The notes under the pieces are model-generated. The model did not search any database and had not been told where the DNA came from. It worked only from the letters and a program-made list of their open reading frames with translations. DNA of 64,000 bases from a virus (taxonomy: Duplodnaviria > Heunggongvirae > Uroviricota > Caudoviricetes). Position numbers and translations under genes: made by a program. Where the stretch lies: the IMG/VR virus record IMGVR_UViG_2799112330_000002, positions 346,107-410,106 of that record. One strand, written 5' to 3'. Below, piece by piece: positions 60,801 through 64,000 of the stretch. How positions within the stretch are numbered: position 1 is the stretch's first letter; every line of letters begins with the position of its first letter.

Positions 60801-62354
60801 TTTATTATATACATATTTGCATGTCTTGAAAGTACTAAGATAATCAGCTGAAGATATATAACTAAATTCTGGAAGTACAAACAATGAGAACTTATCTATT
60901 CTTGGATAGTCCTTTTCATTATTATATATCTTATTGAAATCATATAGAATGCCTTTATAGTATAACTTGTTGTCTTCATTTACATCTGCCCAGTATTCAT
61001 CATGAGCAAATATGTCTTCATTTTTGTTTAATATATTGAAGAATGAAGATATATGATTGTTACTATAAAGCTTCTTGTATTTTTCTGTTTGACTTATCAG
61101 AACATTTATATTATTATATCTTTCAACAAAGTCAAATTTTAGATCATATCCGTTAGAAAGATTATTATTGTTTACATTTTCACATATATTGTATATTGGA
61201 GTATACATTAATGGAAAGTCTTTATACATATAGAGAGAATTCTGATTCTTAGAGAATGCAAAATTAGCATTTATGATATATGGATTGTCATCATCAGAAT
61301 ACTTTAGTTTCCATCTGTTATAGTTCTTGTTGACAGTATTTATGAATTTGAAATTAGTGAGTTGTGATTCATTGAACGCTGGAAAACCGACATTCATAAT
61401 GTTTATGTCAGTATCATAATAGTCAATATTTCCGAATATATTCATTCTATATATTTTTTCATAATAAGAATTATAGTTGTCTGAAAAACTATAGAAAGGT
61501 AGTTCTTCACCATTCATGAACCATTTTCCAGATATCATGATTGATCCTACACTATATGCTTGCAACTCATAACTATTCAACAATTCATATGGGTTAAACA
61601 TAAAACTTAATGCAAGAATCTGCTTCATCATAATTCTGTTTCTTTTGAACCCATTATTCAATAAAGCATCAAAGTCATTTATTGGGAGATACTTATTATA
61701 TATTAACGCACTAATATTGTCTTCTATCTTTAAAAATCCTCCTCTAAGTAAATTGATTCCATAATATATGTTTTTATATGAACTTGAAAGATAGATCACT
61801 TTATCATCAATCTTATTGACATATCTATAGACATAATCATGAAGATAGTTTTCTTTTATTGTATCATCTAAATATATCTTAAGCTTCTTCTCTTTTATAA
61901 GATTGTTTTTCTTGAATATACATGTTATTTCAAAATACAAATCATTCAGATCTTTTGCATCATCAATATAGATAGGCGCAAAGAACTCTACTTGCTTACC
62001 ATATCGGATATAAGATATTCTTTTACAACCATAGAGAAAATCATTGTTTGTGTCATTTATAGGATTTGCATAATCAAGAATAGGGATATTTACCTTGGAA
62101 TAGTTGAAACATGTATTATAGAATGTATCTGAATAATATCTATAAAAATTCTTTACATCATATTCAAAAGCATTATTTTTAAGATTCACATCAATATTAT
62201 TGTCATATAGAGAATCTGTCAAACTTATCAATTTTGCTCTTTGTATACTACAATTATATATGTTGTTGCTTTCCATCTTGTAGTCATCACAAAAACAAGA
62301 TAACTTCATGTTTCCTGATAGACTTGGTATAACCCTTAATAGTGGTTTTAACAT
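57882..62354 (-). CDS. giant Asn/Tyr/Ile-rich hypothetical protein (1490 aa), probable virion component
   Basis: Uninterrupted 4.4-kb ORF; heads the minus-strand late operon. Confidence 0.55.
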   Translation of the reverse strand: MLKPLLRVIPSLSGNMKLSCFCDDYKMESNNIYNCSIQRAKLISLTDSLYDNNIDVNLKNNAFEYDVKNFYRYYSDTFYNTCFNYSKVNIPILDYANPINDTNNDFLYGCKRISYIRYGKQVEFFAPIYIDDAKDLNDLYFEITCIFKKNNLIKEKKLKIYLDDTIKENYLHDYVYRYVNKIDDKVIYLSSSYKNIYYGINLLRGGFLKIEDNISALIYNKYLPINDFDALLNNGFKRNRIMMKQILALSFMFNPYELLNSYELQAYSVGSIMISGKWFMNGEELPFYSFSDNYNSYYEKIYRMNIFGNIDYYDTDINIMNVGFPAFNESQLTNFKFINTVNKNYNRWKLKYSDDDNPYIINANFAFSKNQNSLYMYKDFPLMYTPIYNICENVNNNNLSNGYDLKFDFVERYNNINVLISQTEKYKKLYSNNHISSFFNILNKNEDIFAHDEYWADVNEDNKLYYKGILYDFNKIYNNEKDYPRIDKFSLFVLPEFSYISSADYLSTFKTCKYVYNKDIDKNEQLSFNDTNIRNIDFYKFYNDNSEFITNNETIQLTDQKYPNVKQYLSNEYYDFNDIYVLSHLYNVSNSLYDQYDKEIIDGYRVLNIYNKDNILNEVYKDLAELYYLTDKSNDSGMFFRERRVMSIESLYWAKDLLFFSIYPNKTLYNLIDNYNLLYNTTQLKVNVYLKSKFVQGKDFLDFLRKTKQSLDNPQSNADVALSDFIKLFFANSNEESPSFEFHKYYYSSGLYNTEDNIIYTIPVFNEINDLTCNYGDNYDGDDNIIWVDPYNIKYVYRKYYGQQLTDDDISIISSKSKEFYCKFLNLTHLYLYFKKLYKTNINTTISLENERQILNTIYINILTAHNIVVDRSNNTNFNNSLIVLNKYINITDLGIISFNDLINYIEYNDNGYFSLSKKYFIDMIPIYDTIVYNQAGYSENVKYNATITDSYIKLINKNNNEVYYITPNIEIGVKIKDDENNYNYIKYNLYTDSELLKPTGKKIQITNTIDVDTILDFDLCFKKKMMRLNKELYGLILAINKYNYKDLYLYHLSNYDSVNHELYYNTIYFEDESSAWIPIYEDEAEVTRSITALLNDRHLELPLEPYFNDVWEEEQINTRIYSDYFLNNITEIQTSDSDISHISHVYRYNNHNIDFFINNDDVKIASNINTDIILNYDNVDDIVTDKNKLYQSNTNMLCYTYNGTNYGFYIIKSSFDNTKHTLNIKNDLYQNINCVDYIDSIPVEDIYNDTSYELLNKVYPHIIPYLKTSNIVKTALDNIEVIIQPNNYKMTNHHRQYETNSTYTLYYLNDTNNIELIRYFDNITPYLYKTNYLITYNLYFKNTERIIEPELSQKNISYIIPDNPSMMYLSIFNGISYFDINHNTHKFIPTEYKYLNDNIYYNIPNEIEVRCSQTFHSEKELAEWQNNEKNVFNIFFNYIYLRNSNLNDYSENERNNKILFLYNKYKIEYYSQRELKLHTYTLRIKYKLL

Positions 62355-62519
62355 CTTATTAAACTTTTTCTATATATATTATATAATTAAAAATAATTTT
62401 TCAAATTCACTATCAAAAGAAAATTTACTATTAATGTGAAAAAATATGAAAGAATTGTGAATTTTTAATAGCCAAATTACTAATTTATAATTATTATTAA
62501 TCAAATATAAAACAAATAT

Positions 62520-62603
62520 CGCGGTCTAGTCTAATGGTAAGATGCAAGGCTCATAACCTTGAGACAGAAAATGCAAGTCCTGGTTCGATTCCAGGGGCCG
62601 CAA
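62520..62603 (+). tRNA. tRNA-like gene, anticodon CAT (Met/fMet or Ile2), atypical: C1.A72 mismatch and a 17-nt unpaired extra region
   Basis: Hand-folded. Acceptor cgcggtc/ggccgca, U8, D-arm with GG, anticodon arm caagg-ctCATaa-ccttg, T-arm cctgg-ttcgatt-ccagg. An extra agacagaaaatgcaagt lies between the anticodon and T arms with no stem. No CCA encoded. Confidence 0.45.
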
Positions 62604-62916
62604 CTAAAAAATTAAGTAGTCATAATAAGAGTTACATCGTAAATAACAATTGTATAGTATTAATAGATCCAGTATTTTTGTCTCTTATTAGTAATTCTCT
62701 TAATTAAAAATATTTATTATTATATAGAAAAAGAAAACATAAAAATCAAAAGAATATGAAGAATCTATTTTCACATAACAGCCAAATTAGTTTTTCAGAA
62801 CGACCAAGTTTTGAAGGATGCGGCATGTGGTCTATTAGATGCTTGAATATATATTCTGGAGATATGGAAGTATAAGTTATATATAATAATACAAAAACTA
62901 AACTATATATAGAATG

Positions 62917-62956
62917 AATCTCCAGAGCTTAATAAAAAGTTTTGGAGATTTTTTTA
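62917..62956 (+). terminator. weak terminator (aatctcca...tggagatt plus T6) after a 39-aa ORF
   Basis: 8-bp stem with a long loop. Confidence 0.35.
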
Positions 62957-62965
62957 TATAAAAGA

Positions 62966-63002
62966 TTGAATTTTTCTAAAATGAAACTATATTAATAATA
63001 CA
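62966..63002 (+). promoter_or_regulatory. conserved promoter motif upstream of tRNA
   Basis: TTGAAT-N16-ACTATATTAATAATACAT. Confidence 0.45.
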
Positions 63003-63034
63003 TAAAACAATAAATAATAGTTCTTTGAAATAAT

Positions 63035-63124
63035 GCTGCGTTCGACTAGTGGCTTAGGTCACCACACTTTCAATGTGGTAGCTGGTGTGAAGCCGGCACA
63101 GGGGTTCGAATCCCCTACGCAGTA
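63035..63124 (+). tRNA. type-II-architecture tRNA (long variable arm) with anticodon TTC as folded; isotype uncertain
   Basis: Acceptor gctgcgt/acgcagt (G1.U72), D-arm gact-agtggctta-ggtc, anticodon arm ccaca-ctTTCaa-tgtgg, 21-nt variable arm with a 5-bp stem, T-arm agggg-ttcgaat-cccct. Confidence 0.55.
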
Positions 63125-63223
63125 CTTTACAAGATTGAGAATCAAGTATTCAGAAATGAATCAAAACATTGATCTTTGACATATTCAATTCAAAAGAATT
63201 GAGGTTATCAAAGAATTGATCTT

Positions 63224-63252
63224 TGACATATTGGTACAACAAAAAATATATA
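63224..63252 (+). promoter_or_regulatory. consensus-like sigma70 promoter TTGACA-N17-TATATA (second copy of an 18-nt direct repeat)
   Basis: attgatctttgacatatt occurs at 63168 and 63215; the second copy has a TATATAAAT -10 element at the correct spacing. Confidence 0.45.
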
Positions 63253-63257
63253 AATTA

Positions 63258-63905
63258 CCTGTACTGGTCAACGATTCTAAGGTACAGAGGGGTACAGGTT
63301 GTAAGTCATAAACTCTCAGAACGCTGTTGAAACATAACAGATGCGTCAAGTGCCAGCTACTGAGCAGTCGTAACGGGTTTATGAGATTTATTTTCAAATA
63401 TAACTTCCGAGGGCGAAGATTAATTCTTCAATGGGCATACTGAATTGACAGTTGGAAGACCTTGTAGTGGCAAACACGTGATTGAGGTCAGCGCGATTGG
63501 TAAAGCAACCAAATGGAGACTGTGAAAGGGAAAAGCAGTGAGAATCTGCACCGTATTTTTGAATTTAATGTTCAAGGAGTTTGGTTAATTGCTCTATGAC
63601 AGATGTAGGAAGTTATTTTAATAAAATGATATGTCGAATCAAGTTTAAGAAAAAATTTCGTAAGACTAAGGTTCGGGATGTATAGAAAGGCATAGTAAAA
63701 GCATCATGGGTATTGACATCCTATGCGAGAAATGAGTCGGGAAATCCGAATGATACTCAGAAAGTCCTATAAGCATATGATATTCTAATAAATGATTATA
63801 TGTTGTTAACAGGTTTGAAGGGACCCCAAGGTGAAGGTAACGACTTCAGGACGCTTCAGTAATCGACTGTGAAACTCAGTTAAGCTTTTGCATATCATTT
63901 TAATT
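63258..63905 (+). ncRNA. candidate large structured non-coding RNA (about 650 nt, GC-elevated, ORF-free) between two tRNAs
   Basis: GC about 40-45% against about 27% for the window. No ORF on the + strand. Multiple local helices visible (acctgtac/gtacaggt, gaagaTTAAttcttc, gcagTGAGAATctgc). Lies downstream of a strong promoter and directly upstream of tRNA-Ser. Confidence 0.4.
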
Positions 63906-63907
63906 TT

Positions 63908-63994
63908 GGAGGTATGTGATAATTGGTAGTCGGGCGGTCTTGAAAATCGTTGGTCGTGATGAGCGGCTTGGGGGTTCGAGTCCCTCTGCCTCCG
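63908..63994 (+). tRNA. tRNA-Ser (anticodon TGA), type II
   Basis: Acceptor ggaggta/tgcctcc, U8, anticodon arm gcggt-ctTGAaa-atcgt, variable arm with a 5-bp stem, T-arm ggggg-ttcgagt-ccctc, discriminator G. Confidence 0.65.
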
Positions 63995-64000
63995 CAAAAA

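Noticed and set aside
57882-62354. Virion-packaged multisubunit-like RNA polymerase (as in crAss-like phages)
   Set aside because: No DxDGD or other RNA polymerase catalytic motif is visible in the 1490-aa or 850-aa proteins. The composition is low complexity. I cannot support the call.
63125-63905. Group I intron, RNase P RNA or tmRNA identity for the GC-rich segment
   Set aside because: There is only a weak resemblance (agaaagtcc) to the RNase P P4 region. There is no tRNA-like 5'/3' pairing with a tag-peptide frame for tmRNA. The flanking tRNAs appear uninterrupted. A family cannot be assigned by eye, so I kept the generic 'candidate structured ncRNA'.
1-64000. Integrase, transposase, IS element, diversity-generating retroelement reverse transcriptase, toxin-antitoxin
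   Set aside because: I looked for recombinase (R..H..R..Y), DDE, and YxDD reverse-transcriptase motifs among all ORFs of 100 aa or more and found none. The variable gene families therefore lack an obvious DGR reverse transcriptase in this window.

Overview
The window is an AT-rich (roughly 27-30% GC) bacteriophage-like genome segment. There is no integrase, transposase, rRNA or CRISPR array. It splits into five blocks by strand.

(1) Bases 1-39756 on the + strand are a dense early/accessory region of about 90 mostly small genes. It contains a partial NAD+ salvage set: PncA nicotinamidase, PncB nicotinate phosphoribosyltransferase and NadE NAD synthetase, plus an NAD-dependent LigA-type DNA ligase and a Nudix hydrolase. 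It also contains a cassette of an RlmN/Cfr-like radical SAM enzyme, a flavodoxin-like FMN reductase and a second radical SAM enzyme. Other recognisable genes are a calcineurin-like phosphoesterase, a CX5R dual-specificity phosphatase, a PspC-domain peptide and a KH-like protein. At least five families of tandem or dispersed paralogous genes are present.

(2) Bases 39803-46776 on the - strand carry a repeat-containing tail fibre-like protein, a T4 gp46/gp47-like SbcC/SbcD pair and unknowns.

(3) Bases 46875-50868 on the + strand carry small unknowns, a Tyr/Arg/Pro low-complexity lipoprotein and a FEN/5'-3' exonuclease.

(4) Bases 50922-62354 on the - strand carry a BspA-type leucine-rich-repeat protein of 940 aa and two giant Asn/Tyr/Ile-rich proteins of 850 and 1490 aa that are probably virion components.

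(5) Bases 62520-64000 on the + strand carry three tRNA or tRNA-like genes. Between the last two lies an ORF-free segment of about 650 nt with clearly elevated GC, preceded by a consensus TTGACA-N17-TATATA promoter. This is a candidate large structured ncRNA.

A composite promoter motif, TTGAAT-N16-cTATATTAT-aTTGTAATTAA, recurs at least 12 times on the + strand, often fused to a terminator hairpin whose loop contains the TTGAAT box. Sigma70-like promoters together with occasional AAGGAGG ribosome-binding sites suggest a non-Bacteroidota host, possibly Firmicutes. This host inference is weak.
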